A DNA stretch of 64,000 nt from Elusimicrobiota bacterium (GCA_016196755.1 JACPXC010000023.1:33363-97362); one strand, 5' to 3'; numbered from the stretch's first letter, positions 54,718 to 63,914 are shown. Notes: generated from the sequence alone by a model not told the origin. Numbers and translations are program-made.

Positions 54718-55073
54718 AAAAAATAGCACTAACGGCTATGTTGGGTCTTTCGGCATTGCAAGCTGAAGCGGCGGCGAGCTTTAAGTTCTCCAGAAAGGTC
54801 GTGCCCGACAAGCTTCAAGTCGAATTGTCCGCCGCCCGGTTCAACATCCTTCCTGATGGCGGATATATCCAGTGTGGCGAGTACAATCCCGGTCCTTGGG
54901 AGTGCGTCATTGTCTGGGGGCGCGGCGGCGAGACGAAGAATCCGACTCCAATCATCAATGCCCACCAATATGCCGATCCTTTGGCCGCGCGCCTGGCGCT
55001 ACAGGCCCAGATGAATACTTTGGCGCATAAGTGGAAGGCCGGGACAATCACTTCCGCGGAGAAGGACGGATGA
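54714..55073 (+). CDS. Small secreted partner protein, paralog B1
   Basis: GTG overlaps upstream stop; signal peptide; FKFSRKVV.DKL...QC...WECVI.WGRGGET...KWKAGTIT. Confidence 0.7.
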   Translation: MKKIALTAMLGLSALQAEAAASFKFSRKVVPDKLQVELSAARFNILPDGGYIQCGEYNPGPWECVIVWGRGGETKNPTPIINAHQYADPLAARLALQAQMNTLAHKWKAGTITSAEKDG

Positions 55074-55153
55074 GAACATTTCTGGCTATCTTAGCCTTGT
55101 CGGCTCTGATTGCTGCGCCGGTCCGAGCTGACGTCGTCGACAGCGGCAGCCTC
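55069..55153 (+). repeat. 85-bp direct repeat, copy 2
   Basis: Identical to 53967-54051. Confidence 0.92.
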
Positions 55154-55738
55154 GTCATCGGCCTACAAGGGATCATCGGCGGGACGATGACGATCCAGGG
55201 GAGCGCTTTCAGTGTTGGAGCTTCGACCTTGACGGTTAGTTCGGGAAAAGTCGGTATTGGAACAGCCGCTCCTACTGCGGTCTTGAGCGTGGTAGGGGAT
55301 GCTGTCTTCAATGGGACGATGACCTTCGCCCCGCTGATTCATAAATCGTCATCGATCATTCGGACGGTCACGACCTCTTTTACCAACACTACATATGCCT
55401 GCATCTCAGGGCACGTTGCCACCATGACCGTTACAGGGGGAGATGTCGCTGTGTTCTTTTCGGCTGAGGTAGCAAATAATACGGCGAACGCGGATTCGGT
55501 GCTAGGCTTTCGAATGGACGGCGCCGCGTTGGATGGTGCGGATGCCTTGATAGGCTGGACGACGATCACTGCATCTTATGCGTTCCCGGCCTCTTTTTAT
55601 CAAGTCGTCAAAGGAGTTAGTCCCGGCTCTCATTGGTGGTGCCTGTCAGGTAGAGTGACGGGGGGGACGGCCGATATAATCGGAGATACCGGTTCGTTTG
55701 CGCGCAAGAACGTCTTCGGCGTCATGGAGCTCAAATGA
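55070..55738 (+). CDS. Secreted beta-rich fibre/tip protein, paralog A2
   Basis: Same first 28 aa as A1; GKVGIGTAAPTAVLSVVG; ends VMELK. Confidence 0.7.
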   Translation: MRTFLAILALSALIAAPVRADVVDSGSLVIGLQGIIGGTMTIQGSAFSVGASTLTVSSGKVGIGTAAPTAVLSVVGDAVFNGTMTFAPLIHKSSSIIRTVTTSFTNTTYACISGHVATMTVTGGDVAVFFSAEVANNTANADSVLGFRMDGAALDGADALIGWTTITASYAFPASFYQVVKGVSPGSHWWCLSGRVTGGTADIIGDTGSFARKNVFGVMELK

Positions 55739-56130
55739 AAAAATCCGCTTTGCTCGTCGCGGCGTGGCTCCTGGCTGGGAGCGTTGAGGCTGCCGGTACA
55801 TTCAAATTTTCCCGCAAAGTCGTGCTAGACAAGCTGGTCTCTGAATTGGCGGCCGCAGGTTATAACATACGGCCCGACGACGGCTATGTACAATGCACAC
55901 AGAACAAAGATACGCCATGGGACTGTGTGATTACTTGGGGCCGCGGTGGCGAGACGAGGGACCCTTCGCCCGTCATCAACACCCACCAATACGTGGAGTC
56001 TGCCGCCGCGCGCAAGGCGCTTCAGGCCCAGATGCGCTCTCTGGCTGAGAAGTGGAAGGCCGGCACGATTACTGCGGCTGAAAAAGATGACTTGCTTAAG
56101 ATTTTCGTCTTTAGCTACCTGGGACTCTAA
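55735..56130 (+). CDS. Small secreted partner protein, paralog B2
   Basis: Clear paralog of 54714..55073. Confidence 0.7.
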   Translation: MKKSALLVAAWLLAGSVEAAGTFKFSRKVVLDKLVSELAAAGYNIRPDDGYVQCTQNKDTPWDCVITWGRGGETRDPSPVINTHQYVESAAARKALQAQMRSLAEKWKAGTITAAEKDDLLKIFVFSYLGL

Positions 56131-56139
56131 GAGGAAACC

Positions 56140-56691
56140 ATGCTCGCCAACATAGCCATCGGAATGCTCGAGACCAACTCCATCGCCAAGGGCATCGAAG
56201 CCTCCGACGCGATGTGCAAGATGGCCCAGGTGGAGCTCGTCAAAGTCAGCATCGTCGCGCGCGGCAAGTACATCATCCTCATCAAGGGCCCGGTCGGCGA
56301 GGTCGAGTCCTCCCTGCGCGCCGGCGCCAACCTGGCCGGCAAGACCGTGGTCGACCAGTTCATCCTGCGCAACGTCCACCAGCAGGTCCTCGACTCCTTG
56401 GAGAAACGCGTGCCCGTCGCCGCCCTCGACGCCTACGGCATCATCGAGACCAAGGAAGCCATCGCCGCCGTGCGCGCCGCCGACGCCGCCGCGAAGGCCG
56501 CGAGGGTCCACCTTATTGAGGTCAAGGCCGTGGTCGGCGGCGGCAAGGGCTACGTGGCCATGACCGGCGAGGTAGGTGCCGTGCGCACCGCCGTCGGCGC
56601 CGGGATCGCCGAAGTCCCCGAGGGGATGCTCGTGTCCCACGTCGTCATCCCCCAGCCCGACGTCCAGCTTCTTAAGACGGTGGGCGCGTGA
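56140..56691 (+). CDS. Tandem-domain BMC shell protein (BMC-T, PduT-like)
   Basis: Two BMC domains: IGMLETNSIAKGIEASDAMCK and GIIETK..AVRAADAAAK, GGKGY, VIPQP. Confidence 0.9.
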   Translation: MLANIAIGMLETNSIAKGIEASDAMCKMAQVELVKVSIVARGKYIILIKGPVGEVESSLRAGANLAGKTVVDQFILRNVHQQVLDSLEKRVPVAALDAYGIIETKEAIAAVRAADAAAKAARVHLIEVKAVVGGGKGYVAMTGEVGAVRTAVGAGIAEVPEGMLVSHVVIPQPDVQLLKTVGA

Positions 56692-57131
56692 AGCTCGTCA
56701 TCGGGTCCGACCACGGCGGCTTCGAGGCCAAGGAGAAGCTCAAGAAGTTCCTCCAGGCCCAAGGGCACGACGTGACGGACTTCGGCTGCCACTCGCTCGA
56801 GGCGGTCGACTATCCCGACATCGCCCAGCTCGTGGCCGAGGCCGCGGCCGGCGGGCAGTTCGAGAAAGGGATACTATTGGATGGGTTCGGCGGGGCTGTC
56901 TGCATGGTCGCCAACAAGATCCGGGGGGCGCGCGCTGTGTCCTGCTACGACGTCGTCTCCGCAAAGCTGGCCGCCGGTCACGACGACGCCAACGTGGCAT
57001 GCTTGGGCGGTAAGACCCACGGAGAATTGTCTTTGCAGGAAATAGCGAAGGCGTTCTTAGAGACGAAGTTCGAAGGCGGGCGTCACGAGCGCCGCCTGGC
57101 AAAGGTGGCGGCTATCGAGGCGCGTAGATGA
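56688..57131 (+). CDS. rpiB: Ribose-5-phosphate isomerase B family
   Basis: IGSDHGG, VDYPD, ANKIRGARA, HDDANV, FEGGRHERR; usual ICGTG catalytic motif reads LDGFG. Confidence 0.88.
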   Translation: MKLVIGSDHGGFEAKEKLKKFLQAQGHDVTDFGCHSLEAVDYPDIAQLVAEAAAGGQFEKGILLDGFGGAVCMVANKIRGARAVSCYDVVSAKLAAGHDDANVACLGGKTHGELSLQEIAKAFLETKFEGGRHERRLAKVAAIEARR

Positions 57132-57412
57132 AAGCGGGCCGCATCGTCGGGCGCGTGTTCTGCTCGCGCCAGTACCCCACTTTGGATGGGAAGAAATTGC
57201 TTTTGATCCAGCCGATGGACTGGGAGACCAAGGCCGACAAGGGCGGCGTCGTGGTCGCCGCCGACGCCTGCGGTTCCGGCTCCTCCGAGTTCGTCTACTG
57301 GGTGGCCTCGCGCGAGGCCGCCGTCGCTTTCAAGGACCTGCCGCCCGTCGACGCCGCCGTCATCGGCATCATCGAGGGGCACCAGGCGCGGGATTTCCGG
57401 GGGAAGGCCTAG
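57128..57412 (+). CDS. BMC vertex pentamer (EutN/CcmL family)
   Basis: GRIVGRV, KLLLIQP, VAADACGSG, SREAA, DAAVIGII. Confidence 0.88.
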   Translation: MKAGRIVGRVFCSRQYPTLDGKKLLLIQPMDWETKADKGGVVVAADACGSGSSEFVYWVASREAAVAFKDLPPVDAAVIGIIEGHQARDFRGKA

Positions 57413-57708
57413 TGTTCATCGGCGAGGTGGTGGGCAACGTCTGGGGGCAGTACAAGCACCCCAGCCTCGACAACAAGCGCCTGCTCCTTGTACGCCCCAT
57501 CGACCCGCTGACCGAGACGCCCACCGGCGAGGCCGTCATGGCCGTCGAGGGCGGGGTCGGGGCCGGGCCGGGTTCCATCGTTTTGGTCGTCGATGAAGGC
57601 GGGGCGGCGCGGTCCATCTTGAAGGACGATAAGGCTCCGGTCCGGACCATCATCTGCGGCATCGTCGACAGCATTTGCCTCAATGGGAAGGAGAAGAAGT
57701 ATGAATGA
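57412..57708 (+). CDS. BMC vertex pentamer (EutN/CcmL family)
   Basis: [35 protein letters not shown]. Confidence 0.88.
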   Translation: MFIGEVVGNVWGQYKHPSLDNKRLLLVRPIDPLTETPTGEAVMAVEGGVGAGPGSIVLVVDEGGAARSILKDDKAPVRTIICGIVDSICLNGKEKKYE

Positions 57709-58714
57709 GAACGAACTGCGCACGATAGTGGACGCCGTCGTCCGTGAGCTGGCCGCCAAAGGCGTCCTCAAATCCTCCTGCGGCTGTTCCGAGTCGAAAG
57801 GCTCCTGCTCCTCCTCCCCCAAGAAGGAAGTCCGCGTCACGATGGGCTCGGCCGGCAAGCTCTTCGGGCCCCTGACCCTCGGTCCCGCGAAGGCCGCGGC
57901 CGTGCCGACCAAGCCCGAGTCCTCCGAGAAGGACCACACCCACGGTCCCGACTGCCCGCACTGCCAGCCGCTCTCGGCCAAGGCCGCCCAGGCGCTCAAG
58001 GCGCTCGGCGCCGACCGCATCGGCGTCTGCCACGCCGCCAAGGGCTGCAACGCCATCGCCCCGATCGTCGACCATACCCTGCTCAAGCCCAACGCCACGC
58101 AGGAAGAGGTGGCGAAGCTCTGCGAGGAGGCGCGCAATTACTGCTTCGCCTCGGTCTGCGTGAACCCCTCCTACGTGGCGCTCTCGGCCCAGCTGCTCAA
58201 GGGCTCCGGGGTCAAGGTCTGCACCGTCGTCGGCTTCCCGCTGGGCTCGACCACACCCACCGTGAAGGCCCTCGAGGCCCGCGACGCCATCGCCAACGGG
58301 GCCGACGAGATCGACATGGTCATCAACGTCGGCGCCCTAAAGAGCGGCAACGACGCCCTGGTGCTGGGCGACATCCAGGCCGTGCGCGACGCCACGCGCG
58401 GCCGGGTGCTCAAGGTCATCCTCGAGACCTCGCTCCTCTCCGACGACGAGAAGGTCCGCGCCTGCAGGATGTCCAAGCAGGTCGGCGCCGACTTCGTCAA
58501 GACCGCCACGGGCTTCGGCCCGGGCGGCGCCACGGCCGCCGACGTCAAGCTCATGCGCCAGACCGTCGGTCCCCTCATGGGGGTCAAGGCTTCGGGCGGC
58601 ATCCGCGACACCGCCACGGCCCAGGTCATGATCGAGGCCGGCGCCACGCGCCTGGGCACCTCGGCCAGCGTCGGCATCGTCACCGACGCCAAGCCCGCCG
58701 GGAAGGGTTACTAA
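57701..58714 (+). CDS. deoC: Deoxyribose-phosphate aldolase with N-terminal encapsulation peptide and Cys/His-rich extension
   Basis: [13 protein letters not shown]; [47 protein letters not shown]. Confidence 0.94.
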   Translation: MNENELRTIVDAVVRELAAKGVLKSSCGCSESKGSCSSSPKKEVRVTMGSAGKLFGPLTLGPAKAAAVPTKPESSEKDHTHGPDCPHCQPLSAKAAQALKALGADRIGVCHAAKGCNAIAPIVDHTLLKPNATQEEVAKLCEEARNYCFASVCVNPSYVALSAQLLKGSGVKVCTVVGFPLGSTTPTVKALEARDAIANGADEIDMVINVGALKSGNDALVLGDIQAVRDATRGRVLKVILETSLLSDDEKVRACRMSKQVGADFVKTATGFGPGGATAADVKLMRQTVGPLMGVKASGGIRDTATAQVMIEAGATRLGTSASVGIVTDAKPAGKGY

Positions 58715-59038
58715 GTGAAGCCCAAGAAGATCGTCCTCAAGGTGGACCTGCAGTGCGGCACCTGCGGCGCGCTCTCGCACCGCGGCGAGCACGTCGAGGC
58801 CGGGGCCAAGAAGGACCAGAAGCCGTACAACCCGGCCGAGGGCATGAAGTTCTGCCCCTGCTGCGGGGCGGGCTTCGAGCGCTACTGCATGCGCTGCCAC
58901 AAGAAGGTCGACATGTATTTCGAGGAGTACTGGCCGGAGGAGGACGAGTGCGTGCGCACCTATGTCCCGGCCAAGCGCTGCACGGGCTGCAACGCCGGGC
59001 TCGAAGTGGATCATCGCGGTAAAGAGGCGGAGGAATGA
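58715..59038 (+). CDS. Multi-CxxC zinc-ribbon protein
   Basis: CGTC, CPCC, CMRC, CTGC. Confidence 0.7.
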   Translation: MKPKKIVLKVDLQCGTCGALSHRGEHVEAGAKKDQKPYNPAEGMKFCPCCGAGFERYCMRCHKKVDMYFEEYWPEEDECVRTYVPAKRCTGCNAGLEVDHRGKEAEE

Positions 59039-59334
59039 CAATGGCAGACGTCAAGGAAGCGCTGGGAATGGTCGAGACGAAGGGCTTCGTGGGCATGATC
59101 GAGGCCACCGACGCCATGGGCAAGGCCGCCAAGGTGACGCTGGTCGGCTACGAGCGCATCGGCTCGGGACTGGTCACGACGCTCTGCCGCGGCGAGGTCG
59201 GCGCGGTGCGCGCGGCCGTCGAGGCCGGGGCCGCCGCCGCCCAGCGGGTCGGGGAGCTGGTCTCCGTCCACGTCATCCCGCGCCCGCACGACGGCGTCGA
59301 GAAGTACCTCGACAAGATCTCCATCAAGGCTTAG
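59035..59334 (+). CDS. BMC shell hexamer (BMC-H, EutM/PduA-like)
   Basis: [38 protein letters not shown]. Confidence 0.93.
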   Translation: MTMADVKEALGMVETKGFVGMIEATDAMGKAAKVTLVGYERIGSGLVTTLCRGEVGAVRAAVEAGAAAAQRVGELVSVHVIPRPHDGVEKYLDKISIKA

Positions 59335-59343
59335 TCCCCCGTC

Positions 59344-59616
59344 GTGCGGCCGGAGGACATCAGGGACGCGCTCTTGCGCCGTCTCGCCCCCTGGGGCGGG
59401 GCGCTTCCGGCCGTCGCCGCCGAGGAACTCCTCCCCGCGGTTCCGCCCCCGGAGAAACCCTCCTTCAAGGGTCGGGTTTTCCTGTCCGAATATCACATCC
59501 GCAAGGCGTTGACACCCGGGGCAACGCACCTTACAATAGCGAAAGACGCCATCGTCAGCCCTTTGGCGTCGGAATGGCTGGCTTTCAAGGGCATCCGTAT
59601 CGTCCGCGCGCCATAA
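59344..59616 (+). CDS. Small BMC-associated protein
   Basis: N-terminal EP-like helix; 'LSE..I...AIVSPLASEW...GIRI' motif typical of BMC accessory domains. Confidence 0.6.
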   Translation: MRPEDIRDALLRRLAPWGGALPAVAAEELLPAVPPPEKPSFKGRVFLSEYHIRKALTPGATHLTIAKDAIVSPLASEWLAFKGIRIVRAP

Positions 59617-59691
59617 AAGCACGGGAAATCCCTAGGTAAACCCGACTTTTCGGCGGGTGGAGTCCGTTTCGCGCCGGACCCCGGGGCATAC

Positions 59692-60780
59692 ATGGCGATG
59701 GACCTGACCAATCTACTCAAACTCATGGTGGAGAAGGGGATATCCGACATCCACTTCAAGGCCAACGCCGCCCCCGCGGTCCGCATCCACGGCAAGCTCG
59801 TCGCCGCGGTCAACATCCAGAAGATGTCGGCCGCCGACATCGAGGCCATGGCCCAGACCATCATGTCCCCCGAGCAGGCCAAGACGTTCGAAGGCGCCCA
59901 CGAGATGGACCTGGCCTACAGCCTCGACGGCGTCTCGCGCTTCCGCGTGAACGTCTTCCGCCAGCGCGGCAGCGTGGCGCTCTCCCTGCGCGTGGTGCCG
60001 ATCAAGCTCAAGGGCTTCTCCGACCTCAACCTCCCCGCCCAGGCATTCGAGAAGCTCTCCTCCGAGTCGCGCGGCCTCATCCTATTCGCGGGCATGACCG
60101 GCGCGGGCAAGACCACCTCGATGAACACCTTCGTGCACAAGCTCAACGAGTCCCAGAACGTGCGCATCATCACCATCGAGGACCCCATCGAGTTCTTCCA
60201 CGACGACATCAAGGCCACCATCGTCCAGCGCGAGGTCGGCCGCGACACCGGCTCCTTCGCGGGCGCCCTCAAGCACGCCCTGCGCCAGGACCCCGACGTC
60301 GTCGTCATCGGCGAGATGCGCGACGTCGAGACCATGCAGGCGGCCCTGACCGCCGCCGAGACCGGGCACCTCGTGCTCTCCACGGTCCACACCCTGGACG
60401 CGGTCCAGACCATCGACCGCGTCGTCGACAGCTTCCCGGCCCATCAGGCCGGCCAGGTCCGCCAGCAGCTGGCGCTGGTCCTCAAGGGCGTGGTCGCCCA
60501 GCGCCTGGTCGCGCTCAAGGACGGCCGCGGCCGCGCGCCGGCCACCGAGGTCCTCATCGTCAACTCGCTGGTGCGCCGCCACATCATGGACTCCAAGAAC
60601 GCCGACATCTACAAGACCATGGAGGCCGGCGGCTACTACGGGATGCACACCTTCGACCAGGACCTCATCCGCCTCATCACCGAGGGCCGCATCATCGAGA
60701 AGGAGGCGCTCGAGAACGCCTCTAATCCCGAGGACATCCAGCTCAAGCTCCGCGGGATGGGCGGACTCCCTCCGGCATGA
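59692..60780 (+). CDS. pilT: Type IV pilus retraction ATPase PilT/PilU
   Basis: SDIHF, RFRVNVF, GMTGAGKTT, TIEDPIE, ALRQDPD..IGEMRD, TGHLVLSTVHT, GMHTFDQ. Confidence 0.93.
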   Translation: MAMDLTNLLKLMVEKGISDIHFKANAAPAVRIHGKLVAAVNIQKMSAADIEAMAQTIMSPEQAKTFEGAHEMDLAYSLDGVSRFRVNVFRQRGSVALSLRVVPIKLKGFSDLNLPAQAFEKLSSESRGLILFAGMTGAGKTTSMNTFVHKLNESQNVRIITIEDPIEFFHDDIKATIVQREVGRDTGSFAGALKHALRQDPDVVVIGEMRDVETMQAALTAAETGHLVLSTVHTLDAVQTIDRVVDSFPAHQAGQVRQQLALVLKGVVAQRLVALKDGRGRAPATEVLIVNSLVRRHIMDSKNADIYKTMEAGGYYGMHTFDQDLIRLITEGRIIEKEALENASNPEDIQLKLRGMGGLPPA

Positions 60781-61859
60781 CGGGCACCGAGCCGAACAAG
60801 GAGCCCGACCAGGACATCGACGCCGTCCTGTCGGACTTAGACGGCATCCTCCACCAGCTGACATCGAGCGCCCCGGCGCCCACGCCCGAGGCCGTCGAGG
60901 CCCGGCGCGCCGCGGAAGAAGAGGCGCGCCGGAAGGCCGCGGAAGAAGCCGCCGCGGCCGCGGCCGCCGCCGCGGCGGCCGCCAAGCGCGAGGTCGAGGA
61001 GGCCAGGCTCCGCGCCGAGGCAGAAGAGGCCGCCAAGGCCCTGGCCGAAGAGACCCGGCGTCAGGCCGAGATCGCCGCGCTCGCGCGCGCCGCCGAGGCG
61101 GAGGCCAAGGCCAAGGCTCTCGAGGAGGAGGCTAGCCGCCAGGCCGAAGAGGCCGCCCGCGCCGCCGCCATGGAGGCCGAGGAGACCCGCCGCCAGGCCG
61201 AGGAGGCCGCGGCCGCGGAGGCGGCGGCGCGCGCCGAAGAGGAGGCCGCCCGCCTGCGCGCCGAGGAGGAGCTCAAGCGCCGGGCCGAGGAAGCCGAGGC
61301 GCTCGAGGCCATCAAGCGGGCTCAAACTAAACTCGCGCCTCCCGAGGCGTCATCCGGCATCGAGTTGGCGCCCCCCGCCGAGCCCACGCCCCCCGCTCCG
61401 CCCGCCGTCGAGCCTCAGCCTGTACCCGCCGTGGCGGCCCATCCGCCCGAGGTCGTCTTCGACCCGGAGCCCATCCCGGACAAGACCCCCAAGGACCAGA
61501 TCCGCCGCCTGGCCTTCCTCGCCGTCGCCGGCGGCCGCGAGCCGCTCGCCAAGTTCGCCAAGTTCGCGACCGGCGTGGCGGCCACGGTGTCGAAGAAGCC
61601 GCTCTATCTCCACAAGTCCGCGTTGATGACCTGCGACGCGGCCGCCACGACCGCCGACGTCCTCGGCCCGGTGGAGACCTCCGGCGCGGCCGGGCTCGTG
61701 GTCCTCTCGGACGGTTTTCCCGAGACCCTGCTCGACCAGCTTGAGAAGGTCTGCGAGGGCAAGGACCTCTTCTTCCGAAAGGTCGCCGTCGAGGACGCCG
61801 GCAAGCGCCTGTCTGTCATCGACCTCGTGCTCGACATGATGCTCATCAGGGCGGGCTAG
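60777..61859 (+). CDS. Hypothetical protein with Ala/Glu-rich charged helix, Pro-rich linker and C-terminal alpha/beta domain
   Basis: ATGA coupling to pilT; low-complexity EEAARR repeats. Confidence 0.7.
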   Translation: MTGTEPNKEPDQDIDAVLSDLDGILHQLTSSAPAPTPEAVEARRAAEEEARRKAAEEAAAAAAAAAAAAKREVEEARLRAEAEEAAKALAEETRRQAEIAALARAAEAEAKAKALEEEASRQAEEAARAAAMEAEETRRQAEEAAAAEAAARAEEEAARLRAEEELKRRAEEAEALEAIKRAQTKLAPPEASSGIELAPPAEPTPPAPPAVEPQPVPAVAAHPPEVVFDPEPIPDKTPKDQIRRLAFLAVAGGREPLAKFAKFATGVAATVSKKPLYLHKSALMTCDAAATTADVLGPVETSGAAGLVVLSDGFPETLLDQLEKVCEGKDLFFRKVAVEDAGKRLSVIDLVLDMMLIRAG

Positions 61860-61862
61860 CCG

Positions 61863-63914
61863 ATGCTGACACGCTGGCTCATCAAGGCCGCCCCGACGCC
61901 CAAGGACCCGCAGCGGCGCATGCTGCTCGTCAAAGGCGCCTGGAGCGACGTCCACGGCCTGGTCCGCCGGCTGGGTCCGGTCTGCGGGCGGCCCAAGAAG
62001 GAGGCCAGCGACCCCGAGTTCAACTACAGCATCGCGCTGCACAAGCTCGACGAGGCGGCCTTGGCCGGCGTGGAGGCCGCCCTAACCGCTCTGGCGCCGT
62101 CCGGCGGCTCGGGAAAGACCCCGCTCCCGGCGGCGCCGGCCGTTCCGACCGACGTGACGACCCCGACTCCTTCGACGCCGGAGCCCACGCTCCCGGACTC
62201 GCCCCCGCCGCCGCCGTCGTCGGCCGAGCCGTTCGCGGGCTTCGGCGGGGTGCCGCCGCCCGACCAGCAGGCCACGACGCCCCCGCTGACGACCGAGCCG
62301 CGCGCCGCCAATCCGTTCGCCGGCTTCGGGAAGACCGACCCCGCGCTCAAGCGCGTCACGGCCCACGAGCCGCTGTCGCCGCAGTTCGAGACCCTGCCCG
62401 ACCTCATGGCGGCCGCGCGCACGCCGGACCCCGTGCCGCTGGGCGACTTCCCCGCGGAGCCGTTCGCGGGGCTGACGCTGACCCCGACACCGGCCAGCCT
62501 CCCGACGCCGCCGAGCCCGGCTTCGTCGATATCCCCGCTGGAGGTCATCGCGGCCGGCGCCGCCCCCACGGCCTCGGAGGCGGCACTTCCTCGCGATAGC
62601 GCTCGGTCGCCGCTTCCCGAGCCCCCGCAGCCTCCCGTCGAGGCGCCCAAGCCCCTGCCTCTTCCCACGACCTCGATGCCCGCGCCGGCTCCGCGCCCGG
62701 TCAACCTGCCCGCCGCCGCGGCCGAGCCGCTCTTCGGGGCGCTCAAGGGCATCGACCCCGAGCTGACGCTCGACAACCTCGTGGTCGGCTCCTACAACCG
62801 GTTCGCCCATGCCGCGGCGATGTCTCTGCTCACCAGCGCGGGCGGCCTCTACAACCCCCTGGTCGTCTGGGGCGGGGCCGGCTCGGGCAAGACCCACATG
62901 GTCAACGCCCTGGCTTTGCGCCTGCAGGAGCAGTCCCCGCACGAGACGGTCTGGCTCAGCTCGGGGTCGGCGCTGGCGCGGGCGGCCGGGCTGGCCCAGG
63001 CCTCGGGCCGCGCGGCCGAGCTCCACGAGTTCGCGGCCAAGGCGCGGGCCCTGGTCATCGACGACCTGCACATGACCGGGCTCGGCGAGCACAACGCCGA
63101 GACGCTAGCCAAGGTCGTCGGCGCCATGCTCCATGCCGGCAAGCAGGTGGTGGTGGCGTCGCTCTATCAGCCGCGGCACATCGCCGCTCTGGAGACCGCC
63201 CTGGGCCTTAAGACCGACAAGTCCCACGTCGTCGAGCTCAAGGCCCCCAACGACGCGGCGCAGCAGGCCATCGGGGCCGCCGCGCTCTCGCGCCTGGGCC
63301 TGGCGCCGACCAGCGAGGAGAAGGACGTGTTCTCCCGCGGCCTGCTCAAGGACTTCACCGCCCTCGACGACCACATGCGCCGCCTCGCGGGGCTGGCCGC
63401 CCTGGCGCCCGCGGGCTCCCCGTTGTCTCAGTCTTTGCGCGACCTGTTCGCGGTGGACATGGAGGCCGAGGCGCTGACGGCCGAGAAGCTCAAGGCCTCC
63501 ATGCCGAAGGCGCCCCCCGAGGGGAAGACGGCGCTGGCGCTCTGCCATCCTCCGGGCGGCGAGGCGCACGCGCGGTTCATTCTGGCCCGCCTCGGCGAGA
63601 CGGCGAAGGCGCGCGGCTGGCCCTTCCCGTGGCGCGTGAGCGCGAAGGTCGCCTACGCCGTCGACCCGCCGCATGCCGCCCCGTATCTCCTGGCCGAGGA
63701 ATGCCTGCGCGCGGGCGCAGGAGCGGCCCTGGTGGTCGGCCCGACCCCGGGCACGGACCTGGCGGCTCAGGAGCGGCCGTTCCGCGCCGCGGCCCAGCGG
63801 CTCTTGGCCGAAGCCGGCCTGTCCTGCGCCGTCGTGCCCTACGCGCGCGTGCAGGACCCTAAGCAGGCGCTGTTCGGGTACTTGGACCTCAACTCCCGTC
63901 CGGGGGGACGATGA
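61863..63914 (+). CDS. DnaA/Hda-type AAA+ ATPase-domain protein with long Pro-rich linker
   Basis: TLDNLVVGSYNRFAHAAA, YNPLVVWGGAGSGKTHM, LVIDDLH; no recognisable DnaA domain IV. Confidence 0.75.
   Translation: MLTRWLIKAAPTPKDPQRRMLLVKGAWSDVHGLVRRLGPVCGRPKKEASDPEFNYSIALHKLDEAALAGVEAALTALAPSGGSGKTPLPAAPAVPTDVTTPTPSTPEPTLPDSPPPPPSSAEPFAGFGGVPPPDQQATTPPLTTEPRAANPFAGFGKTDPALKRVTAHEPLSPQFETLPDLMAAARTPDPVPLGDFPAEPFAGLTLTPTPASLPTPPSPASSISPLEVIAAGAAPTASEAALPRDSARSPLPEPPQPPVEAPKPLPLPTTSMPAPAPRPVNLPAAAAEPLFGALKGIDPELTLDNLVVGSYNRFAHAAAMSLLTSAGGLYNPLVVWGGAGSGKTHMVNALALRLQEQSPHETVWLSSGSALARAAGLAQASGRAAELHEFAAKARALVIDDLHMTGLGEHNAETLAKVVGAMLHAGKQVVVASLYQPRHIAALETALGLKTDKSHVVELKAPNDAAQQAIGAAALSRLGLAPTSEEKDVFSRGLLKDFTALDDHMRRLAGLAALAPAGSPLSQSLRDLFAVDMEAEALTAEKLKASMPKAPPEGKTALALCHPPGGEAHARFILARLGETAKARGWPFPWRVSAKVAYAVDPPHAAPYLLAEECLRAGAGAALVVGPTPGTDLAAQERPFRAAAQRLLAEAGLSCAVVPYARVQDPKQALFGYLDLNSRPGGR
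62560..62613 (-). repeat. Third copy of the ~51-bp repeat element, inverted, in frame within CDS
   Basis: CGGAGGCGGCACTTCCTCGCGATAGCGCTCGGTCG (62575-62609) is the exact reverse complement of the core at 16896-16930. Confidence 0.88.

Larger units (their letters stand above)
46412..56130. mobile_element. Lower-GC genomic island inserted in the BMC operon (no integrase seen)
   Basis: Abrupt change in base composition and third-position GC at both ends; BMC genes resume at 56140. Confidence 0.7.

Noticed and set aside
47369-55153. Diversity-generating retroelement (TR/VR pair)
   Set aside because: The repeats are perfect (one inverted, one at gene 5' ends) with no adenine-specific mismatch pattern, and no reverse transcriptase is in the window.
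46412-56130. Prophage
   Set aside because: No capsid, terminase, integrase or tail-tube genes; the fibre-like proteins all have signal peptides.
60890-61310. Repetitive GCCGAGGAG-rich tract as a DNA repeat element
   Set aside because: Explained by a low-complexity Ala/Glu/Arg helical protein segment.
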